59,911 nt of DNA from Patescibacteria group bacterium (GCA_038078735.1 JBBTTI010000029.1:1-59911), one strand, 5' to 3'. Shown: positions 18,765-30,811, counted from the stretch's first letter. The notes: generated by a model from the letters alone, not told the origin. Numbers and translations: made by a program.

Positions 18765-19259
18765 TTCCCTTATTTTTAGTTGATAGAATGTCTCGTTTCT
18801 CTCCCCCATCCTTTCAATCACTCCCTGATTTAATAGCTGATCAAAATCCCGCCTTAAAGTTCTTTTAGTAACTTCCGGTAAAATCTGCTTTACTTGCCAA
18901 ACCTGAGCCCGGCCGTTTTCTCTTAAAAAAGCCATTATCTTACCCTGCCTATCCGGCAGTTTTTCTTCCTCTTTAAACAAAGATAAGGAAGATTGGGGTT
19001 TTATTTCTCCATCCAGCTTACTATATTCTGCCTGAAGGTTCAAGACATCCTGAACAGCCACCCAGTTTTGGACTTTAACCACCTCAAAAAAGCTATCCAG
19101 CACCGCCAACTTATCCAAAGTTTCCGGAGAACCGTTCTCCGCTAAAATATCATCGGCTAACTCCCGCATTTTGTATCTCAAAGGTTCTTTTTTTGGGAAA
19201 AGCAAAGTCATCCGGTAAATGCCTTGAGTAAGCTGGATTAGATAATTTTTCTCCATCAT
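18759..19259 (-). CDS. winged-helix (DeoR-N-like) DNA-binding protein
   Basis: C-terminal VWQVKQILPEVTKRTLRRDFDQLLNQGVIERMGERNETFY. Start moved to the MMEKNY ATG at 19259, which removes the overlap with the upstream gene. Confidence 0.5.
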   Translation of the reverse strand: MMEKNYLIQLTQGIYRMTLLFPKKEPLRYKMRELADDILAENGSPETLDKLAVLDSFFEVVKVQNWVAVQDVLNLQAEYSKLDGEIKPQSSLSLFKEEEKLPDRQGKIMAFLRENGRAQVWQVKQILPEVTKRTLRRDFDQLLNQGVIERMGERNETFYQLKIRES

Positions 19260-19276
19260 CCATAATTTAGCAGAAA

Positions 19277-22200
19277 TTACGGCGGAGAGCAAACCGCGGG
19301 AAGAATCGTAGAGGAATATAATTCAAAAGTTAAACCGCTTAACTGGGGACACCCTCCGATAATCTTAATTGCCGTTGGTACATTTTTAAAATGAGAATTG
19401 GCGATAATTGTTTCTGGAGAATTTTCAATAAAAAGTCCGTAAGTTGAAGAATTTTTCATAAGCAAATTTTCGAATTCAACTTTTGTTCCCGAAACAACAA
19501 TCTCTCCTAGAACATCTACCCACCCAGGCGTTACTCCCCCATTAGCAATGATAACATTTTTCAAAGAAGAATTATGACCGAGGGGACTAAAATAAATTCT
19601 ATCCCAATATCCGCTAGAATAGGGAGAGGTGCTGGTTCCATCATTGTTGGTATCCCCGCCATATTCATCATCGTAAAAAGAAGTAAAGACAATTTTTTCT
19701 AACGAGCTTGAAGCATTTAAGGTACCGTAAATCTCTAGTCTCCCATAGATTGAGAATTTAATTATTACCCCCGGCTCAACGGTTAAAATAACATTTTCGG
19801 CCACTTTTAAATTATTAATTAAATAAGGTAAATCTTTGGTCATTGTCCAGTTTTGACTGATTGTGCCAAGAAGATAAATCCCATTCAAAGCATTGTTAAT
19901 AGCAATATTATTTTTAAAGATGGGGTAACTATCTAAGACAGAAATTGGGCTTTGAAGATAATTTATTCCTTCAAAAGTATTGCTCTCAATAAGGGCGGTA
20001 GTTCCTCCCCTTAAGAACATTCCGGCATAGGTGTTTTTGAAAAATGAATTTTTAATCGTTGGACTCCCGCCAGTAATATTAATTGCCTCATTTGAAGCAA
20101 TATTTTGAATTGTCAAATTTTCTATTGTGCTTGACGAGTTAATCAATTTTATTCCTGCGCCATTGACATTGTCTAAAATAGAATTTTTAAGAACAATTCG
20201 GGTTGAGTCAACAATAATTAAATAAGAATCACTTTGTTTTATTCCGCCATATCTCATTTGAACATAATCTAAAATAGAACCCTGACTTGAGGGAGCGAAA
20301 TATATCCTGTTCCACCCCTCTGAAATTAAAAAAGAAGTAAAAATAATTTCTTTGCCAACTTCACCTCTGGCTATCAAAGTTCCTCTGACTATTAAATTGT
20401 CGAGACCGACCCAATAATCTTGCCTTTTAAATTTTATTTCAACCCGGGGTTCAATTCTCAAAGTTTTTGCTTCAGGAATTGTCAAACTATTAACAATATA
20501 AGGACTGCCAAGATAGGTCAAAGTAATTTCGGGAAATTCGGCAAAAGGCAAGCTGGAAATATTCGTTGAAGTAGCTGAAACTGAATTTTGGGCTTTTGGC
20601 GTGCCGTTAATTTTATTGCCGCTGGCATCCAATCCGTTTCTAGTTAATAAATTATTATTCGCCCAGTTAGTAGAAGTGGCGCTGGACGTTGCGCTGATTC
20701 TCTCCATTGAAATATAATTAGGCGAACTCGTTCCTGCCGGCCAGCCAGTAGAAAAATCAACCAAATCAATTAAAGTATTACTGGCGTCTCTTAATTCTAA
20801 TTTCTCGCCGTTATTGCTTAAAGCGCCCGTGTAAATCCGATCTTCAACTAAATCAGTAGTGTTAGAAGCTGTTCTCTCTAATAAATAATAACTATTAGCT
20901 AAAATACTAGAAGTTGAAAAAGTGATATTCGGACTTCCATCGCTAGAAATTAATCGCCAGCCCGTAATGTCAATAGTTGAAGTGGCATTATTGTAAAGCT
21001 CAATCCACTCGTCGCTGGAATTAGTGGCACTAGTCCCCATCCAGGCGATTTCATTAATAACTACGGTTAAAGAAGGGATTTCCGGAGCAGTTATATTAAT
21101 GGTTGTTGTGGCGCTACTAGTCGCGCTGTTATTATCAACCACAGTTAAACTAACCAGAAAATTGCTGGAAAAAGAATAATTATGAGTGGTTGTGGCATAA
21201 ACGGCGGTTGAGGTAGAATTATCTCCAAAATCCCAAATATAACTTGTAATCGTCCCATCAGAATCGCTTGAGGATGCGGCGTCAAAAATAATCTCTTGGC
21301 CAATTAAGGGGCTTTGTGGAGTAAAAGAAAAACTGGCAACGGGTATTTGATTTATGGGCAACGGCGACGGCGAAGACGGCGTTTGATTTTTGGCTCCCGG
21401 CGTCGGTGTCTGAATTTCGAAATCTGTTTGGTTATTATCCGTATCAATATAATTTTCGGTACTAGTTGACCACTTTCTCCCTAAACTTTGATTTTCTATT
21501 GGATTTTGAGAAAAAGCCGTGCCTTCCAAAAAAGGATTGGTACTCGTACCCCACGCCACAGCGTCAATTAAATTATCTTTTTTATCAAACAAAATTACGC
21601 TATTGTTTTTTGCTAATGTCTGGGTGCTAATAATGTTGGCTGAAATTTGAAGAGAATTAGAAGCAAAATCCGAATTCAGCCACAAAAAATAACTTTGAGC
21701 TAAAATTACGCTGCCTGTCGGAAATAAACGAACTGAAGATTCGCTACCCGTAGAACTCCTTTTCTTTAACTGAAAGCCGGAAAGATTTACGCTATTGGTC
21801 GCTGGGTTATATAATTCTATGAAATCATAGTCAGTGGAGCTGGCGGTTTCAATTTGGACTTCAGAAATTAAAATTTTGGGTGGGATATACGGCGGCTCTG
21901 ACGCCGGTGGTGGTGGCGCTGTGCCATAATTAAAAACAACTACCGGCTCTGATTGAGATTTGACCTCAATCAATTTCTCGGCAGCTGTTACGACTTCGTC
22001 TTTAGCTTGTTGTAGATGTTTGACATCCACAGTATTTAGCGGAGTTCCGATCTCCGTAGAAACTTCTTTGATTTCTCCCGTTTCTCCCTTTTCACCCTTT
22101 TTACCCTTTTCACCCGTCAATTCATCAGTTTGTTGAGATAAAACATCAATTTTTTCCGCAATATCATCTAACAGCTCTTGAATTTCGCTTGCTGTTAACT

Positions 22201-23227
22201 TCGCTTCCGGCTCAACTGCTTTATCTGCTCCTATTTCCTCCTTTTCTCCATTTTCATCCCCGTTAATTGTTGATTGGCTTACTTGCGCTCCGCCAAGGCC
22301 TGCCAATTCCTGAATTTTTACCATTGCCTTTTCCGCTTCTTTCATTAAACTGACTAAAGTTAATTTCATTTTTTCTAAAAAAGAAATTTCATCTTTTTTG
22401 TCTTTTTCCGCTAGCTCTTGATCTTTCGCCGCCAAAGCCACTGCCTGTTGAAGCTCCTGCTTCACCTGCTCTTTAAATTGTTTTTTTACTCCTTTATTCA
22501 TCTCCACATACGGCCCCCATTTGTTGTAAAGCGTAGCGAATTGAGCCTCGAGTTCTAGATTAATTTCTTCTCGTATCTCTGTTTTTCGAAATAATCTTTT
22601 ATTTGTTGGTTTTACTACCCCGCCCATTATTTCTTTAGCATCTTCCCATGCTGTTTCATGATTTTCATTTCCCTTTCTATCATCAAAATAGACAAACAAG
22701 CCATCGTAGAGCATCTCTTTTTTAAGCACTTCGATTGCGGTAAGTATCGCAATAGTCTTTTCCGTAATATCAAAACTATTTAAAGTTAAAGCCGCCATCG
22801 GACTGGTAATTCTGCCGGCCAGCACCCTCGGCAGATCGTAACCAATTCCTTTATAATAATTTCTTAAATTTAATCTTTCATTTAAAACGCTGTTAAAATA
22901 GGCGTCCGCTTCTTTTTTGTATTTTTGAGAAACCACTGAATCTATAAAATCCATTTCATTCAAAGAAGTTAAAACAACCAATCCATAAGTAACATCAGCT
23001 CCTGTCTGGCCGCCGCTAATAGCCATATTCAAAACCGTTTTTAATTTATCATCGCTTACAGCAACGCTTGAAACTAATTTTGTTAAATCCAAAACAAGCT
23101 TTATTCTTTCTATGTCTGTTTGGTTGATTTTTATCTTTTCAGCCGAAACACTATTCCCCAACAACAAATTAGCGGTTACCGCCAGGGCAACCGCTAAAAA
23201 TATGACTCTTTTTTTACCATTTTCCAT
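19277..23227 (-). CDS. giant surface protein: helical/coiled-coil N-region, two lamin-tail domains, PKD domain, C-terminal parallel beta-helix
   Basis: LTDs ILISEVQIETASSTDYDFIELYNPATNSVNLSGFQL and VVINEIAWMGTSATNSSDEWIELYNNATSTIDITGWRL. PKD: FSFTPQSPLIGQEIIFDAASSSDSDGTITSYIWDFGD. Repeated NSxxxN beta-helix turns. Start placed at MENGKKRVIFLAV (23227), before the signal/TM segment. Confidence 0.75.
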   Translation of the reverse strand: MENGKKRVIFLAVALAVTANLLLGNSVSAEKIKINQTDIERIKLVLDLTKLVSSVAVSDDKLKTVLNMAISGGQTGADVTYGLVVLTSLNEMDFIDSVVSQKYKKEADAYFNSVLNERLNLRNYYKGIGYDLPRVLAGRITSPMAALTLNSFDITEKTIAILTAIEVLKKEMLYDGLFVYFDDRKGNENHETAWEDAKEIMGGVVKPTNKRLFRKTEIREEINLELEAQFATLYNKWGPYVEMNKGVKKQFKEQVKQELQQAVALAAKDQELAEKDKKDEISFLEKMKLTLVSLMKEAEKAMVKIQELAGLGGAQVSQSTINGDENGEKEEIGADKAVEPEAKLTASEIQELLDDIAEKIDVLSQQTDELTGEKGKKGEKGETGEIKEVSTEIGTPLNTVDVKHLQQAKDEVVTAAEKLIEVKSQSEPVVVFNYGTAPPPPASEPPYIPPKILISEVQIETASSTDYDFIELYNPATNSVNLSGFQLKKRSSTGSESSVRLFPTGSVILAQSYFLWLNSDFASNSLQISANIISTQTLAKNNSVILFDKKDNLIDAVAWGTSTNPFLEGTAFSQNPIENQSLGRKWSTSTENYIDTDNNQTDFEIQTPTPGAKNQTPSSPSPLPINQIPVASFSFTPQSPLIGQEIIFDAASSSDSDGTITSYIWDFGDNSTSTAVYATTTHNYSFSSNFLVSLTVVDNNSATSSATTTINITAPEIPSLTVVINEIAWMGTSATNSSDEWIELYNNATSTIDITGWRLISSDGSPNITFSTSSILANSYYLLERTASNTTDLVEDRIYTGALSNNGEKLELRDASNTLIDLVDFSTGWPAGTSSPNYISMERISATSSATSTNWANNNLLTRNGLDASGNKINGTPKAQNSVSATSTNISSLPFAEFPEITLTYLGSPYIVNSLTIPEAKTLRIEPRVEIKFKRQDYWVGLDNLIVRGTLIARGEVGKEIIFTSFLISEGWNRIYFAPSSQGSILDYVQMRYGGIKQSDSYLIIVDSTRIVLKNSILDNVNGAGIKLINSSSTIENLTIQNIASNEAINITGGSPTIKNSFFKNTYAGMFLRGGTTALIESNTFEGINYLQSPISVLDSYPIFKNNIAINNALNGIYLLGTISQNWTMTKDLPYLINNLKVAENVILTVEPGVIIKFSIYGRLEIYGTLNASSSLEKIVFTSFYDDEYGGDTNNDGTSTSPYSSGYWDRIYFSPLGHNSSLKNVIIANGGVTPGWVDVLGEIVVSGTKVEFENLLMKNSSTYGLFIENSPETIIANSHFKNVPTAIKIIGGCPQLSGLTFELYSSTILPAVCSPP

Positions 23228-23861
23228 CGGCGATAAATTTTCGAACAAAATCATCATTAAAGTGGCTAAATATATATATTTTATAATCCTTCCCAAAAAA
23301 ATAATATTCATCGGTAATCAATTCGTTACCAGTTTTTGACTTAAACACCGTGTATAATTTAAAACCCCTTGAATCACCGATAATAAAATCTTTTATTTTT
23401 GGTGATGATTCCGACCTCTCCGTTTTGGCATAAGGAGAATATATTTTTTGAAATTCTTCTACAAATTTATTTAAATCAATAATATTATTTAATCTTAAAA
23501 TCCTCGTAAGCATATAATCTAGTGATCCAAATCCCCCCACATATAAATTGGTTTCGGATACTATCTTTTTAGAGAAGTCTTCTTTTGTTTGTTTTTTTAT
23601 ACTTAAATCCGTGTCTATCACATCTTCGTATTCAATCTTTTCAATTCCCTTCCAGGCAGAGGGGACTTTAAACTCATAGCCGTCTATTTTATTTATTACT
23701 TTATATTCGTTGCCAAAGCCGAATAAATTTTTTGCCACTTTCACTCCGGCTGGCAAAATTTTATTTAATGCCTGGATATCTTTTTGGTTATTCTGCCAAT
23801 AAAAAAAGCCGCTTCCGGCTAAAATCAAAACAAAAACTAAAATCCCAATTTTTTTTACCAT
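23214..23861 (-). CDS. N-terminally anchored hypothetical protein
   Basis: TM segment IGILVFVLILAGSGFFYW. No recognisable domain. Confidence 0.45.
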   Translation of the reverse strand: MVKKIGILVFVLILAGSGFFYWQNNQKDIQALNKILPAGVKVAKNLFGFGNEYKVINKIDGYEFKVPSAWKGIEKIEYEDVIDTDLSIKKQTKEDFSKKIVSETNLYVGGFGSLDYMLTRILRLNNIIDLNKFVEEFQKIYSPYAKTERSESSPKIKDFIIGDSRGFKLYTVFKSKTGNELITDEYYFFGKDYKIYIFSHFNDDFVRKFIADGKW

Positions 23862-23878
23862 ACTTTATTTTACAACAA

Positions 23879-23922
23879 ATTAAAAATCACCGCCATAACC
23901 CCGTCAATGTCCCTGTGGATAA
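23879..23922 (-). promoter_or_regulatory. promoter with an adjacent DnaA-box-like 10-mer
   Basis: Minus strand: GTTATCCACA (23923-23914), 6 nt, TTGACG (23907-23902), 17 nt, TTTAAT (23884-23879), 17 nt, ATG 23861. Confidence 0.5.
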
Positions 23923-23932
23923 CTTCTTCTAT

Positions 23933-23959
23933 ATTTATCGAAGTCGGACTTCAATAAAT
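23933..23959. repeat. RAYT #2 hairpin e1
   Basis: atttat-c-gaagtc-g-gacttc-a-ataaat. It encodes the last codons (IEVRLR*) of RAYT #2. Confidence 0.75.
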
Positions 23960-24672
23960 ATGTCTTGGAATAGTTTAAGATTTTTCTTATATTGCTTTAT
24001 CCAGTCAATAAAAAATTTCTGATAACCTTCTGGACCGCCGAAAAAATTGGACAAAAAATCAGTATTAATTAGGGAAGGAAAATTTTTAATCCCCCAGTAA
24101 TCTTGATGACTTGACCAGCGGTTCTCTTTGTCTGATAAAAATTTTAAGGCGTCTTGAATTTCTGAATCATTAAGTCCTGTTTTCTTCCAGCCGGGTTTCC
24201 ATAATTCTAAAGGATTGGAATGAATATAACAAACCAATTGCCCGACCTGAGTATCATTTATTACTTGAACTTTCTTATATTTCCCCTGGAATAAAACTCC
24301 GCTTCTCTTATTTTTCAAATTAAAATAATTAGTGTATCCTGTTCCAAATTTTTGATGAAACTTCGCTAAATTATCTTTTTCTCTAGGCGAAGAAAATAAA
24401 TGGTAATGATTATCCATTAAACACCAAGCAAATAAATCTACCAGCGATTCCCTTGTTTTATTTTTAATAATAATTTCGCTACTTGCTATGGCGCTATTTA
24501 TCGAAGTCGGACTTCCATAAATATTCTTAAAACGGTGATTAAGATTGGTAACAGCGTTTTTATCGTTAAATTCGTAGATATCGTGAATCCCACGGAAATA
24601 ATCTACTTTATTTAAAAAAATATTCCTTTTTTCGACTCCTCTATTAAAAGTGTGCCAAACTCCGTATTCCAT
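23935..24672 (-). CDS. REP-associated tyrosine transposase-like protein, copy #2
   Basis: N-terminal HTFNRGVEKRNIF. HUH motif MDNHYHLF. Tyr motif LVCYIHSNP. Confidence 0.75.
   Translation of the reverse strand: MEYGVWHTFNRGVEKRNIFLNKVDYFRGIHDIYEFNDKNAVTNLNHRFKNIYGSPTSINSAIASSEIIIKNKTRESLVDLFAWCLMDNHYHLFSSPREKDNLAKFHQKFGTGYTNYFNLKNKRSGVLFQGKYKKVQVINDTQVGQLVCYIHSNPLELWKPGWKKTGLNDSEIQDALKFLSDKENRWSSHQDYWGIKNFPSLINTDFLSNFFGGPEGYQKFFIDWIKQYKKNLKLFQDIFIEVRLR
24496..24522. repeat. RAYT #2 hairpin e2, inside the RAYT #2 coding sequence
   Basis: atttat-c-gaagtc-g-gacttc-c-ataaat. Read in frame as YGSPTSINS (aa 52-60 of the ORF). Confidence 0.8.
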
Positions 24673-24698
24673 ATAATCAATTATATCAATCTAATAGA

Positions 24699-24725
24699 TT
24701 TTATGGAAGTCCGACTTCGATAAAT
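24699..24725. repeat. RAYT #2 hairpin e3
   Basis: ttttat-g-gaagtc-c-gacttc-g-ataaat. This is the reverse complement of e2 at 26 of 27 positions. Confidence 0.8.
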
Positions 24726-24735
24726 TTGCCTTATT

Positions 24736-27407
<2,672 letters not shown>

Positions 27408-27435
27408 AGTTTTATATTAACATAATGCTTAATAA

Positions 27436-27475
27436 GTGGACATCGTATGTCCACTTTCAGTATGTCCACTTTCAT
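27436..27475. repeat. RAYT #3 hairpin f3 plus a duplicated 3' arm
   Basis: gtggaca-tcgta-tgtccac, followed by a second atgtccactttca copy. Confidence 0.75.
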
Positions 27476-27501
27476 GTTGCTGTTCATGGGTGTATTGAAA
27501 T

Positions 27502-27813
27502 TTAACGGCTGATGTAGATGGCGCGACTGGTTGTTTTATACGTGCCGACGGATTTAACCCCCGGGGCTAAAATCGTTACAGAATAAGCGGCATTATTTCC
27601 CAAACTGCCCGGTCCCTGGCTGCCATCGTATAAATTTTTTTCAATCCCGGTTTCGGCGGCATAAAAAGCTAAAACCGAATCCCCGATGTCTTTGATCATT
27701 TTTGCCTGGCTTGAAAGAATTAAATTTATTCCCAAAGCCGAAGAAAACAAAATACCCATTATGGCTAATGATAAATATAAAATAACGCCTTTGTCTGAAT
27801 TTTTAATTTTCAT
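27502..27813 (-). CDS. PilX-N-like minor pilus protein
   Basis: N-terminal hydrophobic KGVILYLSLAIMGILFSSALG, then an amphipathic segment. Last gene of the minor-pilin operon. Confidence 0.45.
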   Translation of the reverse strand: MKIKNSDKGVILYLSLAIMGILFSSALGINLILSSQAKMIKDIGDSVLAFYAAETGIEKNLYDGSQGPGSLGNNAAYSVTILAPGVKSVGTYKTTSRAIYISR

Positions 27814-27853
27814 TTTTCATCAAATTTTTTATTTTATAAAAAATGCAGATAAA

Positions 27854-27873
27854 GATGAGATCTATCTCATCGC
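27854..27873 (-). repeat. GCGATGAG-type hairpin (c)
   Basis: Minus strand reads gc-GATGAGAT-ag-ATCTCATC. Includes the TGA stop of the 27867 gene. Confidence 0.6.
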
Positions 27874-28391
27874 ATTATATCCAAGTTTCTTTGGGTAACT
27901 GCGGTTTGGACTTTAATTTTTGACTGGTTATTGCCTTCAATATTTAAGAATAAAGTGACCTTGGGCTGATTATCGTCTGTTTGAGTCCAACCAAAATCTA
28001 CGATATCAAACGACAAAACATTAAGGTGGCTTGAAGTCAAAGGAGAAACAACTCCTCCTTTGTTCTCTTTCAATTGGCCGCTTTCTAAATAAAATTCCTG
28101 GCAGACACTATTATAATTTAAAAATTTTATTCCAGTGGCGGTTTGTGAGTAATTTAGATTACTAGGAATACAAATACCGCCGGTGTCTTTTTTTGCCATT
28201 CTGATCGCCCGGGACATATATTCTAAAACATAAGAAGTCTGGCCTAAAAGTTCTTGAGTTGATGATATTTTCCTCTGACTTTGCAAGATTTGGGTAAACA
28301 CTGCCGCGAGCGAACCGATGAGCAAAGAAAAAATCCCCATCGTCACTATCATTTCCACTAATGTAAAGCCATTTTTTTTCATTGTAGCCAT
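27867..28391 (-). CDS. type IV minor pilin (PilW-like)
   Basis: Prepilin motif KKNGFTLVEMIVTMGIFSLLIG. Confidence 0.7.
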   Translation of the reverse strand: MATMKKNGFTLVEMIVTMGIFSLLIGSLAAVFTQILQSQRKISSTQELLGQTSYVLEYMSRAIRMAKKDTGGICIPSNLNYSQTATGIKFLNYNSVCQEFYLESGQLKENKGGVVSPLTSSHLNVLSFDIVDFGWTQTDDNQPKVTLFLNIEGNNQSKIKVQTAVTQRNLDIMR

Positions 28392-28798
28392 TTATATAAA
28401 TTTTCTTGAACAATTACTTTATGGGGCCCTCCTCTCTCTTGCCAAGAAACCTCAACCGAAACATTTAAGATATTAATGCCATCAGGCGTAATAATTGTTC
28501 TTCTTTGAAAGTTATTTGGAGTTCCATCTATGAAAACAACCGGCTGCCAGCCGCTGGAAACTATATTCGCATCCCAATTGACGCCGCCGACGCCCTTGTG
28601 AATTTTAAGAAAATTACTGTCTCTGATTTCTCTTATTGATTCAATGCCCTCTTGGGCCAGATAAGTCGCTGTTAGTTTGGGGGAAATAATCTGGGTGCCG
28701 CCTATAGTTTGATTAACTAAAGCAAAAACCGCGCCCACTCCCATGGTGACTATAAATATTGATATGATTGCCTCTAAAAGAGTAAATCCCTTATTCAT
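28379..28798 (-). CDS. type IV minor pilin (PilV-like)
   Basis: MNKGFTLLEAIISIFIVTMGV. Confidence 0.7.
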   Translation of the reverse strand: MNKGFTLLEAIISIFIVTMGVGAVFALVNQTIGGTQIISPKLTATYLAQEGIESIREIRDSNFLKIHKGVGGVNWDANIVSSGWQPVVFIDGTPNNFQRRTIITPDGINILNVSVEVSWQERGGPHKVIVQENLYKWLQ

Positions 28799-29267
28799 TA
28801 TTAATTAACCCCGCTTTATTGATTCTGATATTTTTGCTTTGATTATCATTGGTTAAAGTAATGGTGGTTGTAGAATTGATGTTTACCGTTGGATCCGGAG
28901 GCGTAAAAGTAATTATTAGAGGAGAAACCGGGGAAAGAACGCTGATCTTAACTCCCTTTTCCATAAAAAAAGTCTCGACTGCTTCTCCGGAATCAAGGAC
29001 TTGATCGTTATTTAAATCGGCAAATAAAATATAACTGGAGGAATTTGTTTCAAGTTTTATTCCGTAGGCTCCAGCCGACATCGCCATTTCTCGGGCTTTG
29101 CTTAAATCCTGGACTAATTTAACAGTTGACCTTTCCAAAGCCATATTTTTTTCGCCGGCATTAAAATTAGGGAGGGCAATGGCAGAAAGCAACAAAATAA
29201 TCCCGGTAACAACAATTAATTCCACCAAGGTGAACCCATTCGTCACTTCAAGCCCCTCTTTTTTCAT
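28791..29267 (-). CDS. type IV minor pilin (GspH/FimT-like)
   Basis: TNGFTLVELIVVTGIILLLSAIALPNF. Confidence 0.7.
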   Translation of the reverse strand: MKKEGLEVTNGFTLVELIVVTGIILLLSAIALPNFNAGEKNMALERSTVKLVQDLSKAREMAMSAGAYGIKLETNSSSYILFADLNNDQVLDSGEAVETFFMEKGVKISVLSPVSPLIITFTPPDPTVNINSTTTITLTNDNQSKNIRINKAGLINNE

Positions 29268-30019
29268 AAAAATAAATTAAAATAAAAATTTATTATTTTT
29301 TCACCCCAAAATAAAGCGGAAAATGCGCCGATTGTTAAAAATGGGCCGAAAGGAACTTCCGATTTTAAAGTTTTCTTGCCGGAAATTATCAGTCCTATCC
29401 CCATTATAGCACCTAAAAATATTGCCAAGAATAAGGCTACGATAATGTTCGGCCAGCCCAGAAATAAACCCATCAAAAAAGCCAGCTTTATGTCGCCTAT
29501 TCCCATCCCCTTGCCCCGAGAAATTAAAACAATCGCCAGAAAAAACCCGGCGGCCCCGAAAGCGGACGCTAGGAGGTTCGACCTCCCAAGGAGGTCGAAC
29601 CTCAACAAGTCGTAAGCTAAAGCCACCCCGATAGCCGGGAAAACAACTTTATCGGGAATAATATAATGCTTTAAGTCATAAACAAAAATAATAATAAAAA
29701 AACAACTTACCAGTAATAAATATGCCATGGCATAAATATTACTATTGGTTAATAATATGGAAAGAAAAATTATTCCAGTGAATAATTCGACTAGAGGATA
29801 TTGCCAAGAAATTTTTTGAGAACAATAGCGACATTTACCGCCCAAGATTAAAAAGCTGAAAATAGGGATTAAGTCTTGCCAGGATAATTGATGTTTGCAA
29901 TTGGGACAAAAAGATCTGCCTCTTAAAAAACTCTTTCCCTGTTCCAGGCGATAGATAACGCAATTCAAAAAACTTCCTACCATCAACCCAAAAACAAAAA
30001 TAAAAATCACCATTGTCAA
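29264..30019 (-). CDS. pilD: prepilin peptidase (A24 family)
   Basis: N-terminal Cys box CPNCKHQL...CRYCSQKI. Catalytic-Asp contexts YIIPD and GIGDIKL. Multiple TM segments. Confidence 0.9.
   Translation of the reverse strand: MTMVIFIFVFGLMVGSFLNCVIYRLEQGKSFLRGRSFCPNCKHQLSWQDLIPIFSFLILGGKCRYCSQKISWQYPLVELFTGIIFLSILLTNSNIYAMAYLLLVSCFFIIIFVYDLKHYIIPDKVVFPAIGVALAYDLLRFDLLGRSNLLASAFGAAGFFLAIVLISRGKGMGIGDIKLAFLMGLFLGWPNIIVALFLAIFLGAIMGIGLIISGKKTLKSEVPFGPFLTIGAFSALFWGEKIINFYFNLFL
29573..29603. repeat. 31-bp palindrome embedded in frame in pilD
   Basis: gaggttcgacctcc-caa-ggaggtcgaacctc: perfect 14-bp arms. Encodes RFDLLGRSNL. Confidence 0.9.
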
Positions 30020-30052
30020 ATTATATCATAAATAAACATTCCCGGCTGTAAA

Positions 30053-30077
30053 TTAAGCGACTTCGGGAGTTACTTAA
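30053..30077. repeat. REP-like hairpin downstream of RAYT #4
   Basis: ttaagcgac-ttcggga-gttacttaa: imperfect stem, same loop as 11137. Confidence 0.6.
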
Positions 30078-30088
30078 ATTGGCCGATT

Positions 30089-30811
30089 TTATTCTAAAAA
30101 AACAGATTGAGAAGAAACCGTTTTTTCTTTTAAAAACTCTTCAACAAATTTTTGGTATTCTTCCCCATTCCCCCAAAAAGGAGCATACTGCTCCAAAATT
30201 TCTTTAGAAGCCAGAATCAAAGAATTTCTTTTACCTAATTTATCCGGAAAACTTGAAAATTCATAATTCTCTAAAAAATTAAACGCTTCTTTTGGATTTT
30301 TTAATCCATTTTCTCTCCATCCCGGCTGAAAAATATCCAAAGGATTAATTACGCTCACGTAACGGCTGACCGCAAAAGATTGGGGATCGCTCTCTACTGC
30401 TATGCCTTTATATCTACTCCCAAAAAGAGCGTCTTTTCTATTGTAAAGCAGATTAAATGACCTAGCGAAACTATCATTTAATCTATGCATAAGAATAGGT
30501 ATTGCCGTATCTATGGTCGGCAATAAATAAAAATGATAATGATTCATAATTAAAGAAAAATCTAATAAATGAACTAATGGCGGATGCTTTTTAATCACAA
30601 ATTTCTCGGGAATTTTTTCGCCCTGCAATAAAGCTTGACCAGCTTTTATCATGTCTTTTATTTTAAGATTAGTATCTTTTCTGCCTAAATTTACGGCGTA
30701 ATACTGGAAAACAAAACGATAGCAATCATCTTTTTGTTTAAAAATGTTTGTCAGAGCCCGGGAGGTGATATGGACAGGTTTATCTTTTTCAAAAAATTTT
30801 CTATAAGGCAT
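30089..30811 (-). CDS. REP-associated tyrosine transposase-like protein, copy #4
   Basis: HUH motif IMNHYHFYLL. Tyr motif AVSRYVSVINP. The C-terminal 75 aa or so are nearly identical to copy #1. Confidence 0.75.
   Translation of the reverse strand: MPYRKFFEKDKPVHITSRALTNIFKQKDDCYRFVFQYYAVNLGRKDTNLKIKDMIKAGQALLQGEKIPEKFVIKKHPPLVHLLDFSLIMNHYHFYLLPTIDTAIPILMHRLNDSFARSFNLLYNRKDALFGSRYKGIAVESDPQSFAVSRYVSVINPLDIFQPGWRENGLKNPKEAFNFLENYEFSSFPDKLGKRNSLILASKEILEQYAPFWGNGEEYQKFVEEFLKEKTVSSQSVFLE

Noticed and set aside
28162-28413. 83-aa minus-strand ORF overlapping two minor-pilin genes
   Set aside because: It is out of frame within well-supported prepilin genes and has no motifs.
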